Source of the DNA: Pseudothioglobus sp. nBUS_23
GTDB taxonomy: Bacteria; Pseudomonadota; Gammaproteobacteria; PS1; Pseudothioglobaceae
NCBI RefSeq assembly: GCF_051201565.1
Contig: NZ_CP179200.1
Location: 330,001 to 362,000 of the forward strand
Direction: 5' to 3'
Length of the DNA stretch: 32,000 bases
Both the position numbers and the translations under genes were made by a program. Below, piece after piece: positions 18,174-27,255 of the stretch; the first letter of the stretch is position 1, and every line of letters starts with the position of its first letter. The notes below the pieces were generated by a model. It saw nothing but the letters and a program-made list of their open reading frames with translations. It made no database searches and was not told the origin of the DNA.

Positions 18174-19545
18174 TGTCGTCCTCGCCTAAATAGTCACCTG
18201 TTTGAATTTCTATTATTTCAAGATTAATATCCCCATCATTTTCTAATCTATGGATTTCACCTTTTGGTATATAAGTAGACTCATTTTCTTTGAGATTGAA
18301 AATTTCATTTCCACATGTAATCTTTCCAATCCCTGAAACAACAACCCAGTGTTCTGATCTGTGTCGATGTTTTTGAAGTGAAATTTTTTCTCCAGGCTTG
18401 ACACAAATTCTTTTTACCTGAAAGGTTTTACCAATATCAATAGAATCAAAATAACCCCATGGCCTAAATACTTTTCTATTATCAGATAATTCTGGACGGT
18501 TGCTTCGTTGAAGTTTACTAACAATATCCTTTACATTTTGAGAATTAGATTTATCCAAAACAAGAAGAGCATCACTTGTGTCAACGACAATTAAATTCTT
18601 GACTCCTACCGCAGAAATTAATCGATTTGAACTATATATAAAGGAATTTTCTACATCTTGTAAAACTACATCACCATCTATTGCATTGCCAAAACTATCT
18701 TTAGATTTTGACTTCATTAAACTGTCCCAAGATCCAATATCACTCCAATTTGCATCTAATGGAATAACAAAAGAATTGCTGGTATTCTCCATTACAGCAT
18801 AGTCAACAGATAAATTAGGGCATTTTAAAAACTCATTATTTATCAATCTAATAAAATCATGATCTTGAAGCTCTTTAGCAAAAGATTTTTTACATGCATC
18901 AAGAATCTTTGGTTGAAATTTTTCTAGTTCTTTTAAGAAAACAGAACACTTAAACATAAACATACCACTATTCCATAGATACCTTCCAGACTTGAAGTAA
19001 GTATTAGCAATCTTTTCATTTGGTTTTTCATTAAAAGATTTAATTTTGCTGTAAGGATTATTATTATCAATATTAGCTTCAATATAGCCATATCCAGTAT
19101 CTGGACTAGTTGGTTGGATGCCAAATGTAATCAGTTTATTTTTCATTGCGAGATCTTTACCAATTTCAATAGCTGAATGAAATGAACGAATATCTTCTAT
19201 TGAATGATCAGCAGGAAGTACTAGCAGAATTGGATCATTTTGATTATTTTTAGACAATTTTAATGCAGCTAGCGTTATTGCTGGCGCAGTATTTTTCGCT
19301 GTTGGTTCTAAAATAATTCCACTAGTAGCACAATTAATCTCACGAAGTTGTTCGGCAACTAAGAAGCGATGATCTTCATTGCAAACAACTATGGGGGATT
19401 GTATATTTTGTGGAAGCCTTTGAATTGTATTTTGAAAAATAGACGAACTGTTTATCAAGTTTAGAAATTGTTTAGGTCGAGCTTTTCTAGATAGTGGCCA
19501 TAGTCTTGTTCCACTTCCTCCGGAAATAATAACGGGAGTAATCAT
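18139..19545 (-). CDS. manC: Bifunctional mannose-1-phosphate guanylyltransferase / mannose-6-phosphate isomerase (type II PMI-GMP)
   Basis: 468 aa. It has the N-terminal nucleotidyltransferase loop ISGGSGTRLWPLSR, the C-terminal cupin GEKISLQKHRHRSEHWVVVSG and the terminal GEDDIIRFEDDY typical of ManC/CpsB/XanB. Confidence 0.9.
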   Translation of the reverse strand: MITPVIISGGSGTRLWPLSRKARPKQFLNLINSSSIFQNTIQRLPQNIQSPIVVCNEDHRFLVAEQLREINCATSGIILEPTAKNTAPAITLAALKLSKNNQNDPILLVLPADHSIEDIRSFHSAIEIGKDLAMKNKLITFGIQPTSPDTGYGYIEANIDNNNPYSKIKSFNEKPNEKIANTYFKSGRYLWNSGMFMFKCSVFLKELEKFQPKILDACKKSFAKELQDHDFIRLINNEFLKCPNLSVDYAVMENTSNSFVIPLDANWSDIGSWDSLMKSKSKDSFGNAIDGDVVLQDVENSFIYSSNRLISAVGVKNLIVVDTSDALLVLDKSNSQNVKDIVSKLQRSNRPELSDNRKVFRPWGYFDSIDIGKTFQVKRICVKPGEKISLQKHRHRSEHWVVVSGIGKITCGNEIFNLKENESTYIPKGEIHRLENDGDINLEIIEIQTGDYLGEDDIIRFEDDYQRD

Positions 19546-20333
19546 TAATTTTTATCCTTAATAGTATTTGATTTAGGAGGTTTCCATTGAGCTCTAATCT
19601 CTGCTAGCTTGACGTAGCGATAAAAAGTGCCTTCAAAGTTACCAAAAGCAATAACAAAACCTGCTCCGCCATCTAAAAAACCCAGTTTGAAAATATAATG
19701 TTTAATAAATGCCCATAAACCATGCATTAGGCCTTTCAAGATACCTCCTTTGACACCTTTTTTTTGAAGTTTTTTTGCTCCAAGAGATGAATAACGGTTA
19801 GCTTTATGAATTACTTCATAAGTATTTTTAAAAGGAAATTGCCATATACTATTAGTTAAATACCCTATATCCTTTTCACTATGGCTTATATATCCTTCAT
19901 GAACAGGTTTAAGATCATAAGACATCTTACCTTTTCTGAATAATTGAGGCTGTCTGTAATTAGGATACCAGCCTGAGTATTTAACCCATTTGCCCATAAA
20001 AAAGTTTTTTCGTGGAACTTTATAAATGTCTAGTGGTGCGGAATTAATAATTGATAATATCTCATCTCTAACACTTTTAGTACACCTTTCGTCAGAATCA
20101 AGACTAAAAATCCAATCTTTAGTGCAATGAGAAATTGCTTTATTTCTTAGATCTCCAAAACCATCAAACTTAATTTGAATGACTTTTGCCCCAAGGCTTT
20201 TAGCAATTTCTTCAGTTTCATCTTTGCTATACGAGTCTGCAACAATTATCTCGTCTGCCCATAAGACGCTATTGATACAGTCTTTAATCTTTTCGGCCTC
20301 ATTAAAAGCAATTATATAGACTGAAATTTCCAT
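19545..20333 (-). CDS. GT2 glycosyltransferase, WaaE/KdtX-like LPS core enzyme
   Basis: 262 aa. VYIIAFNEAEKIKDCINSVLWADEIIVADSYSKDETEEIAKSLGAKV, the acidic DSDE motif and the C-terminal GFLDGGAGFVIAF...YRYVKL resemble the WaaE/KdtX family. Its stop overlaps the manC ATG by 1 nt. Confidence 0.6.
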   Translation of the reverse strand: MEISVYIIAFNEAEKIKDCINSVLWADEIIVADSYSKDETEEIAKSLGAKVIQIKFDGFGDLRNKAISHCTKDWIFSLDSDERCTKSVRDEILSIINSAPLDIYKVPRKNFFMGKWVKYSGWYPNYRQPQLFRKGKMSYDLKPVHEGYISHSEKDIGYLTNSIWQFPFKNTYEVIHKANRYSSLGAKKLQKKGVKGGILKGLMHGLWAFIKHYIFKLGFLDGGAGFVIAFGNFEGTFYRYVKLAEIRAQWKPPKSNTIKDKN

Positions 20334-20399
20334 GAAAGTTAAATGGATATAATATGAAATTAAATGTTACCCAATTCTTGAGAGTTTATTTACAAATAA

Positions 20400-21185
20400 A
20401 TGCGTATTAGTCTAATAATTACAACTTACAATCAGCCTGAATCTTTATTTTTAGTTCTTAAAAGCATAGAGAAACAGACTCTTAAGCCGTCAGAAATAAT
20501 TATTGCTGATGATGGAAGTAGTGATAGTACTAAAAATTTGATTACTGAGTTTTTTAAAGATTCTGATTTAAATTTTTTTCATTCTTATCAAGAAGATTTA
20601 GGTTTTAGAGCTGCACAATCAAGAAATAAAGCTATAGCTATAGCATCCAGTGAATATATTGTTCTTATTGATGGTGATATGATCCTTCATCCTGAGTTTA
20701 TCAGTGATCACTTAAAGCATGCAAAGTCTAATTTCTTTATTCAGGGTTCTCGTGCATTGCTTACTGAGCAGAAGACATACGAAGTTATGAAGAAAAAACA
20801 AACAAAAATAAATTTTTTTCAAAGTGGTATAAAAAATAGATTAAATTCAATTCATTCTAATATTTTTTCTAAATTTTTTTCGCTTAACAAAAATTACCTT
20901 AAAGGTATCAAGACTTGTAATATGTCTTTTTTTCGCGAAGATTGCATTAATGTAAATGGGTTTAATAATGATTTTATAGGGTGGGGTCGTGAAGATACTG
21001 AGTTTGTTGTAAGATTAATGAATAAGGGAATTAATCGTAAATCACTAAAATTATCAGCTATTCAATTTCATCTTTGGCACAATGAAGCTAGTAGAAAAAG
21101 TTTGCAAAAAAATGACTTATTGCTTCATAAAGCTATAGAGCAAAAAATGACTTATTGCAAAAATGGTATTAGCAAGTTTTTATGA
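20400..21185 (+). CDS. GT2 glycosyltransferase (GT-A fold with a galactosyltransferase-type C-terminal block)
   Basis: 261 aa. The motifs are SLIITTYNQPESL, IIIADDGSSDST, the DxD motif LIDGDM, and NGFNNDFIGWGREDTEFVVRL. Confidence 0.75.
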   Translation: MRISLIITTYNQPESLFLVLKSIEKQTLKPSEIIIADDGSSDSTKNLITEFFKDSDLNFFHSYQEDLGFRAAQSRNKAIAIASSEYIVLIDGDMILHPEFISDHLKHAKSNFFIQGSRALLTEQKTYEVMKKKQTKINFFQSGIKNRLNSIHSNIFSKFFSLNKNYLKGIKTCNMSFFREDCINVNGFNNDFIGWGREDTEFVVRLMNKGINRKSLKLSAIQFHLWHNEASRKSLQKNDLLLHKAIEQKMTYCKNGISKFL

Positions 21186-22297
21186 GAAATTTTAATAAAT
21201 TTAAAGGTTGGCTATTATTAAGAATTTCTAATAAAAAAAATATTCAATTTGATCTTAAAAAAACCTCTAGTGTCTTAATGCTTCGTTATGACAGGATTGG
21301 GGATATGGTTATAACAACACCAGTATTCAGAGAGTTTAAAAGAGCATATCCAGATATTGAGCTTAATGTTTTAGCAAGTAAGACCAATTATGAGATTATA
21401 AAAAATAATCCGTATGTGGATAAAATATATCTTAATAAAACTAACATATTGCTTGATTTTTTCATTTTATTAAAGTTAAGAAGAAGAAATTTTGATGTCT
21501 GTTTTGAATTTGATCATTCGGTAGTTAGGCATGCAATTATAAGATTAAGATTGATTAATCCAAAAAAAGTTATCTCAGTTAAAAAAAATGGAAGATATGG
21601 TATTAATGGCAATGAATTAAAAATCTATGACTTTTATACTGAAAAACTGGAGCATAGTCATTTCAGGGAAATATGGCTTTCTATTCTGCAGCCATTTAAT
21701 ATAGTGCCTTTATCAAATCAATATGAGATTTTTTATACTGAAAAACAAAGTCTTAAGGCTAAGGATTTTATTTCTAGGTTTCCTAAGAAGTTTCTGATTG
21801 GAATAAATTTAGAAGGCGCAGTAAAGGGAAAAAAAATTAGTTTCAACAAATTCAAGGAAATTTGTACACGCCTCTTTAAAATAAACAGAGAAATAATAAT
21901 TATTGTAATTTCCAGTCCAGAAAATGAACAAAGAGTTAAAAAAAATCTTTCAAAAATGAATTTAGATTGCGTAATTCCAGCTTATACTTCAAAAAGCATT
22001 CTTGACGCATCAGCTTTAATTAGTAACTTAGATCTTATAATTACTCCTGATACATCAATCTCTCATATAGCCTCAACATTTAATATTCCAGTAATTACAA
22101 TTCATGAAAATAATATTGAAAGTTATGAATTATTTTCACCCTTAAGTGACTGGTCAAGAACTATTTTTTCAGACTCAAATAATAGCCTACAAGGCTTTTC
22201 TGTTGATGATCTAATTGATTTCGCAGCAGAAGTTTTAGGGGATAAATGTTTTGAAATGAAATTATTGAATAGGAATAATTCAAATAATGTTGTTTAG
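21182..22297 (+). CDS. Divergent GT9-like glycosyltransferase
   Basis: 371 aa. The blocks are VLMLRYDRIGDMVITTPVFREFKRAYPDIELNVL, NFDVCFEFD and LDLIITPDTSISHIASTFNIPVITIH. The start overlaps the upstream stop as ATGA. Confidence 0.55.
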   Translation: MRNFNKFKGWLLLRISNKKNIQFDLKKTSSVLMLRYDRIGDMVITTPVFREFKRAYPDIELNVLASKTNYEIIKNNPYVDKIYLNKTNILLDFFILLKLRRRNFDVCFEFDHSVVRHAIIRLRLINPKKVISVKKNGRYGINGNELKIYDFYTEKLEHSHFREIWLSILQPFNIVPLSNQYEIFYTEKQSLKAKDFISRFPKKFLIGINLEGAVKGKKISFNKFKEICTRLFKINREIIIIVISSPENEQRVKKNLSKMNLDCVIPAYTSKSILDASALISNLDLIITPDTSISHIASTFNIPVITIHENNIESYELFSPLSDWSRTIFSDSNNSLQGFSVDDLIDFAAEVLGDKCFEMKLLNRNNSNNVV

Positions 22298-23729
22298 TAG
22301 TTATCAATTTATTTTTATTTTTCTTCCTCTTGCTTTTAGCTTATATTTTTTTTTAAATAAGCTAGATTTTTTAAGATTAGCAACACTTTCTTTAGCTCTT
22401 TCTAGCCTATTTTTTTATGGTTGGTGGAATATTAAGTATTTGCCATTAATCTTATTTTCTATCTTAGTCAATTATTTGATTGGCATTTTAGTTTTGAGAG
22501 TCAAGGTTAAACAGCTTTTTTTGGTTATAGGAATACTATTTAATCTTTTATTGCTCGGCTATTTTAAATATAGTGATTTTTTTATCCAGAATATCAACTA
22601 CGCATTTAATGGAAATTATGCTACGTTTAGTATACTTTTGCCACTGGCAATTTCTTTTTTTACATTCCAACAAATAGCTTATTTGGTTGACAGTTATAAA
22701 GGGTATGTTGAGAGACAAAGTTTTTTAACTTACCTTGTATTTGTAACTTTTTTCCCTCAATTAATAGCAGGGCCAATTGTTCACCATAAGGAAATGATGC
22801 CCCAGTTTAACAAAGCTAGAAATAAATTAATAAACTATAAAAACATTTATTTGGGGATATTAATTTTTACTATTGGCCTATTTAAAAAAGTTTTTATTGC
22901 AGATAGCTTCGCTATTTGGGCAACAAATGGTTTCGATTTAATGGATAGCTTAACTCTAATAGAGGCATGGGTTACTTCGCTATCTTATACTTTTCAACTA
23001 TATTTTGATTTTTCAGGTTATACCGATATGGCTTTAGGTATTGCGCTTCTATTTAATATTAGATTGCCAATTAATTTTAATAGTCCTTATAAATCAACAA
23101 ACATTAGAGATTTTTGGAAAAGGTGGCATATTACACTTTCAAGATTTTTAAGAGATTATATTTATATTCCATTGGGTGGAAGTAGAAGAGGGGAATTTAG
23201 ACTCTATACAAATTTACTTACTACTTTTTTAATTGGTGGGTTATGGCATGGAGCGGGGTGGACTTTTGTTTTTTGGGGAGCAATGCATGGGTTTGGTGTC
23301 GTCATTCATAGATTTTGGTCAAAACTAAATATAAAGATAAACAATTTATGCGCATGGTTCATAACATTTAATTTCATAAATTTAACTTGGATTTTCTTTA
23401 GGGCGGAAAATTGGGAAGAAGCAATAAAAGTTTTAAAAGGAATGTTCGGATTTTCAGGAATAGTTCTTCCAGTTTTCATGGAAAAGATATTTTTCCTCCA
23501 AACAGAAGACATTAAATTTGGGGAAGTTTTTTATAACTTCAATAGTGATACAGAGGTTACTTTATGGATATTAATTGCTTTTTATATTTGTTTGTTTAAA
23601 AATAACTCTAATCAAATCATCAGTGAAAATAAACCAAATAATAAGTCCCTATTTTTTATTGTTTTATTATTTACGGTTTCATTAATGCATTTAGAAAAAA
23701 ATGTTAATTTTATTTATTTCAATTTTTAA
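22287..23729 (+). CDS. MBOAT-family membrane-bound O-acyltransferase (AlgI/DltB/PatA-like)
   Basis: 480 aa polytopic protein. The N-terminus MLFSSYQFIFIFLPL is as in AlgI. The conserved MBOAT core is RDFWKRWHITLSRFLRDYIYIPLGGSR, and the catalytic-His block is GGLWHGAGWTFVFWGAMHG. Confidence 0.85.
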   Translation: MLFSSYQFIFIFLPLAFSLYFFLNKLDFLRLATLSLALSSLFFYGWWNIKYLPLILFSILVNYLIGILVLRVKVKQLFLVIGILFNLLLLGYFKYSDFFIQNINYAFNGNYATFSILLPLAISFFTFQQIAYLVDSYKGYVERQSFLTYLVFVTFFPQLIAGPIVHHKEMMPQFNKARNKLINYKNIYLGILIFTIGLFKKVFIADSFAIWATNGFDLMDSLTLIEAWVTSLSYTFQLYFDFSGYTDMALGIALLFNIRLPINFNSPYKSTNIRDFWKRWHITLSRFLRDYIYIPLGGSRRGEFRLYTNLLTTFLIGGLWHGAGWTFVFWGAMHGFGVVIHRFWSKLNIKINNLCAWFITFNFINLTWIFFRAENWEEAIKVLKGMFGFSGIVLPVFMEKIFFLQTEDIKFGEVFYNFNSDTEVTLWILIAFYICLFKNNSNQIISENKPNNKSLFFIVLLFTVSLMHLEKNVNFIYFNF

Positions 23730-23737
23730 AAAAAATT

Positions 23738-24763
23738 TTGTATAAAAAACAAATTCAAAAACTATTTTTATTGCTCTTAATATTTATATTTTTTATTATC
23801 ACTGCAAATTATTTAATTGATCCATATGGATACAATTCTAAAGATGGTAAATTTATCAAAAATTTAACTATGTTTAACAAACCCAATGTGACTTCAGCTA
23901 GAATAAACTCTAAAGGTTTTTATTATTTGATTGGTAGCTCCAGAATGGCTCGAGTGAATCCACTTTTAATTGAGGATATAACCGATAAAAACACACACAA
24001 TATTAAAATAGATGGAGCAACATTGGTTGAAAATCTTGAACTTGCAGAAAAAGTTAAAAAAGAGGGTAAATTTTTTATTTATAGCTTTGATGCCTTTTCT
24101 TTAAATAAAAGTAGAGAAAAATTTAAGGAGCTTGAAAATAGGTCACTAATTTACAAAAAAGAACTTAATAGAAAGAGATTTTTTACAAAATACTTTAATA
24201 GTGATATCAGCATTAGATCGATTCAGCATCTTATTAAATCCTTCAAAAGCGAAAATCTATTAAAACAATTTGACGAAGAGAATTCACGCAGTGATGAGTT
24301 TTTATATGATCTAGCTGTCAAAAATACTGGAATAAACAATGATATAAGTAAAGCAAATTTTTCTAATTATCATACTTATTCTAGTGAAATAATTAAGTTG
24401 GCTAATTTGGGAACTAAGAATGATATTTTTATTATTTTTCCAAAATATGTATCTTTCTATGCTTTATTTTCTAATTTTCAAGATATTCAAAATAAGTATC
24501 TAAAAGCAATTAGAAATCTAGTTCTAAATACTGATGCTAAGGTCTGGTCTTTTTATGGAGCAAATGAAATAACCAAAGAAACAAATAATTTTATTGATAA
24601 CGGATGGCATTTTAAACCTAAGGTTAGTAACATGATATTTAGAGAAGTTTTTGATAATGATGAATCAAGTTCTATGAAAAATGGAGTCTTGCTAACTAAA
24701 GATAATATTGATGATTATTTAAATACTATCAAAAGCAATGTTGATAATCTATCTTTAAATTAA
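23738..24763 (+). CDS. Membrane-anchored hypothetical protein, putative DltD-like (SGNH-like) partner of the MBOAT
   Basis: 341 aa with a TTG start 8 nt after the MBOAT stop. It has a single N-terminal TM helix (LFLLLLIFIFFIITANYLI). The block FYYLIGSSRMARVNPL resembles the DltD catalytic-Ser block (remembered S. aureus DltD: YYPIYGSSELGKDDPF). The late block FIDNGWHFKPKV resembles the DltD Asp/His block (SDAVHIGWKGW). The similarity is judged by eye only. Confidence 0.4.
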   Translation: MYKKQIQKLFLLLLIFIFFIITANYLIDPYGYNSKDGKFIKNLTMFNKPNVTSARINSKGFYYLIGSSRMARVNPLLIEDITDKNTHNIKIDGATLVENLELAEKVKKEGKFFIYSFDAFSLNKSREKFKELENRSLIYKKELNRKRFFTKYFNSDISIRSIQHLIKSFKSENLLKQFDEENSRSDEFLYDLAVKNTGINNDISKANFSNYHTYSSEIIKLANLGTKNDIFIIFPKYVSFYALFSNFQDIQNKYLKAIRNLVLNTDAKVWSFYGANEITKETNNFIDNGWHFKPKVSNMIFREVFDNDESSSMKNGVLLTKDNIDDYLNTIKSNVDNLSLN

Positions 24764-24776
24764 TCAAAAAATATAT

Positions 24777-25472
24777 ATGAATGAAGATATTTATTTAGAA
24801 TGGAAAGATTGGGATGAAAGTACTTTTGCCAATTTCTCTAAATTAGAGAGGGCTTATTTTGATAATATTTCAAAATTAGTGCATATAAGTAATGGTGCAA
24901 ATATTCTAGAGGTTGGTTTTGGTAATGGATCTTTTTTAGGATATGCCCATAGAATGGGTTATTCTTGTGATGGGGTAGAATCGAATATCAAACTTGTTGA
25001 GAATGCAAAAAATAACAATTATTCTGTATTTAGCTCAATAGATCAAATTGATAGTAAAAAAAAATATGATCTAATTGTCTTATTTGATGTTATTGAGCAT
25101 ATAGAGGCAGCTGAAGCTGAAATTTTTCTTAATCAATTAAAGGACAAACTTGTAGAAGATGGTTCATTATTTCTTCGATTTCCAAATGGATCAAGCCCAC
25201 TTGGTTTGGGGAATCAGCATGGAGACCCAACACACTGCAATATTGTCACATTATCTAAATTGCATTTCTGGTGTAAAAATTTAGGTTTAGAGGTTGTTAA
25301 ATACAGAGGAGACATTAGGCCATTTATTTTCAGACATAAAATAAAAAAAGCTCCTTCTAGAATAATTAAACTTATTTTATTTAAACTAACTGAAAAATTT
25401 ATCAGACTAATTTCAAATCAATCTAAAGGAATTCTTGCATCTAATCTTGAGGTAGTAATTAAAATCAAATGA
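24777..25472 (+). CDS. Class I SAM-dependent methyltransferase
   Basis: 231 aa. Motif I is ILEVGFGNGSFLG, the acidic post-I residue is in CDGVES, and the motif II/III region is YDLIVLFDVIEHI...DGSLFLRFPN. Confidence 0.75.
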   Translation: MNEDIYLEWKDWDESTFANFSKLERAYFDNISKLVHISNGANILEVGFGNGSFLGYAHRMGYSCDGVESNIKLVENAKNNNYSVFSSIDQIDSKKKYDLIVLFDVIEHIEAAEAEIFLNQLKDKLVEDGSLFLRFPNGSSPLGLGNQHGDPTHCNIVTLSKLHFWCKNLGLEVVKYRGDIRPFIFRHKIKKAPSRIIKLILFKLTEKFIRLISNQSKGILASNLEVVIKIK

Positions 25473-26329
25473 AAGTTAGCGGATTTACATTTATTAAAAA
25501 TGGGCAAATACTCGGATATCCTTTTTTAGAGTCAATTCAATCTATATTACCAATTGTTGATGAATTCATTGTCAATGTTGGTGAAAGTGAAGACGATACT
25601 TTGAGTTTAATAAAATCAATAAAGAATTCAAAAATTCGTATTATTGAGTCAAAGTGGAATGAGAATATGAAAGATCGCGGATATGTCTATGGTCAGCAGA
25701 AAATGATTGCACAATTTAACTGTACAGGAGATTGGCTTTTCTACATTGAGGGCGATGAGCTTTATCATGAAAATGATCTATCAAAAATTAAAGATTCAAT
25801 GAAATTATATTTAAATAGTTCTAATGTTGAGGCATTAGTTTTTGACTTTCTTCACTTTTATGGAAATGCAAATAGTTACCTTGATTCGCCTGGTTGGTAT
25901 CGGTCTGAAGCAAGAGTGATAAAGAGTTCTGTGAGATCCTATGCCCCTGATGGGCTATTTTGGCTTATTTTAGATGGCAACAAAAAAGGACGATATCCAA
26001 AGGCAAAAAAAGTTGATGTTCAATGTTTTCATTATGGATGGATTAGAACTGAACAGCAAATGAATCTCAAAAGTGAGAAAGTTCAAAAATATTGGGGTAA
26101 AGATCCAGTGATAATCGACTATTCTAAATTCGATCAGTCAATTATTAGAGAGTTTAATGGCGATCATCCAGAAATTATTTCTAGTTGGCTCCCTAAGTCA
26201 GATGGTATTTATCATGCTGACAATAATTACACGTTAAATAAAAAAGAGATAAAACACCAAAAGATGAAAAGAATTGAGTCAATTTTTAAATTAGATTTGA
26301 GTAAAAAACACTATAAGTTAGTCAAATGA
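25469..26329 (+). CDS. Uncharacterised GT-A-like (GT2-like) putative glycosyltransferase
   Basis: 286 aa. VSGFTFIKNGQILGYPFLESIQSILPIVDEFIVNVGESEDDT... plus the acidic motif YIEGDE resemble a widespread, experimentally uncharacterised family usually annotated as a glycosyltransferase. It has ATGA overlaps at both ends. Confidence 0.45.
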   Translation: MKVSGFTFIKNGQILGYPFLESIQSILPIVDEFIVNVGESEDDTLSLIKSIKNSKIRIIESKWNENMKDRGYVYGQQKMIAQFNCTGDWLFYIEGDELYHENDLSKIKDSMKLYLNSSNVEALVFDFLHFYGNANSYLDSPGWYRSEARVIKSSVRSYAPDGLFWLILDGNKKGRYPKAKKVDVQCFHYGWIRTEQQMNLKSEKVQKYWGKDPVIIDYSKFDQSIIREFNGDHPEIISSWLPKSDGIYHADNNYTLNKKEIKHQKMKRIESIFKLDLSKKHYKLVK

Positions 26330-27255
26330 AGATATTAATTGAACTGCCAACCTGGATTGGTGATGCAGTTATGGCACTTCCTGCTATTGAAAATATAGCC
26401 AATTCATACACTAATTCTCAAATAACAATCGTTGGTTCTATGGCTTCAGTTGAAATAATAGACAATCATCCACAAGTAGTCAAAACTTATATTTTAAAAA
26501 ACAAACATTCTAATTTATTTAGAATACTCAGGGAGTTAAATGAGTTTGATATTTTTTTATCTTTCAGGAATTCTTTGCGTGCAAAGATGTTTAAGGCTTT
26601 TATCTCCTCTAAAAGAAAATTTCAATTTAACAAAAATAAATATCCGTCTAGACACCAAGTTGAAAAATATAATTCTTTTGTAAATGAAAGTTTGAACTTA
26701 AACTTAGAAGCGGGAAATTTAAAAATATATTCCCAGACTCCTGTAATGAATTCCGATAAAAAATACTTAGGTATAAATCCAGGAGCTTCATATGGAAGCT
26801 CTAAAAGATGGTATTCAGAGGAGTTTGCAGAGTTAGCCAAAAAATTAGCTCAACATTATGAAATCATTATTTTTGGAGCTTCAGAGGAAAAAAATATTGC
26901 AAATGAAATTGAACAGCTTTTAATAATGAAAGGTGTTACAAATTATTCTAATTTAGCTGGGAAAACTGACATTAAAGGGTTAATAATGAAAATTTCAACC
27001 TTAAGTTTATTTATAACTGGGGATAGTGGACCAATGCATATTGCTGCAGCTTTCCAAGTCCCTACAGTATCAATTTTTGGACCAACCAGGGATGAAGAAA
27101 CATCTCAATGGAAAAACAACAAAAATATTATTGTAAAAAAAAACTTAGACTGTCAGCCTTGCATGAAAAGGACCTGTCCATTAGGGCATCATAACTGTAT
27201 GAAATTAATTAGAGCGTCTGAAATTTTAGATGCAGTTAAATCTATTACAAAATAG
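26326..27255 (+). CDS. waaF: GT9 ADP-heptose:LPS heptosyltransferase II (WaaF-like)
   Basis: 309 aa. The blocks are MKILIELPTWIGDAVMALPA, GINPGASYGSSKRWYSEEFAELAKKL (E. coli WaaF: CPGAEFGPAKRWPHYHYAELAKQL), NLAGKTDIKGLI, TGDSGPMHIAAAFQVPTVSIFGPT and the Cys tail CQPCMKRTCPLGHHNCM. Confidence 0.65.
   Translation: MKILIELPTWIGDAVMALPAIENIANSYTNSQITIVGSMASVEIIDNHPQVVKTYILKNKHSNLFRILRELNEFDIFLSFRNSLRAKMFKAFISSKRKFQFNKNKYPSRHQVEKYNSFVNESLNLNLEAGNLKIYSQTPVMNSDKKYLGINPGASYGSSKRWYSEEFAELAKKLAQHYEIIIFGASEEKNIANEIEQLLIMKGVTNYSNLAGKTDIKGLIMKISTLSLFITGDSGPMHIAAAFQVPTVSIFGPTRDEETSQWKNNKNIIVKKNLDCQPCMKRTCPLGHHNCMKLIRASEILDAVKSITK

Noticed and set aside
20631-20645. The micro-tandem gctata-gctata-gca.
   Set aside because: It lies in frame within the GT2 gene, encoding AIAIA. 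It is only 2.5 copies of a hexamer and has no evident significance.
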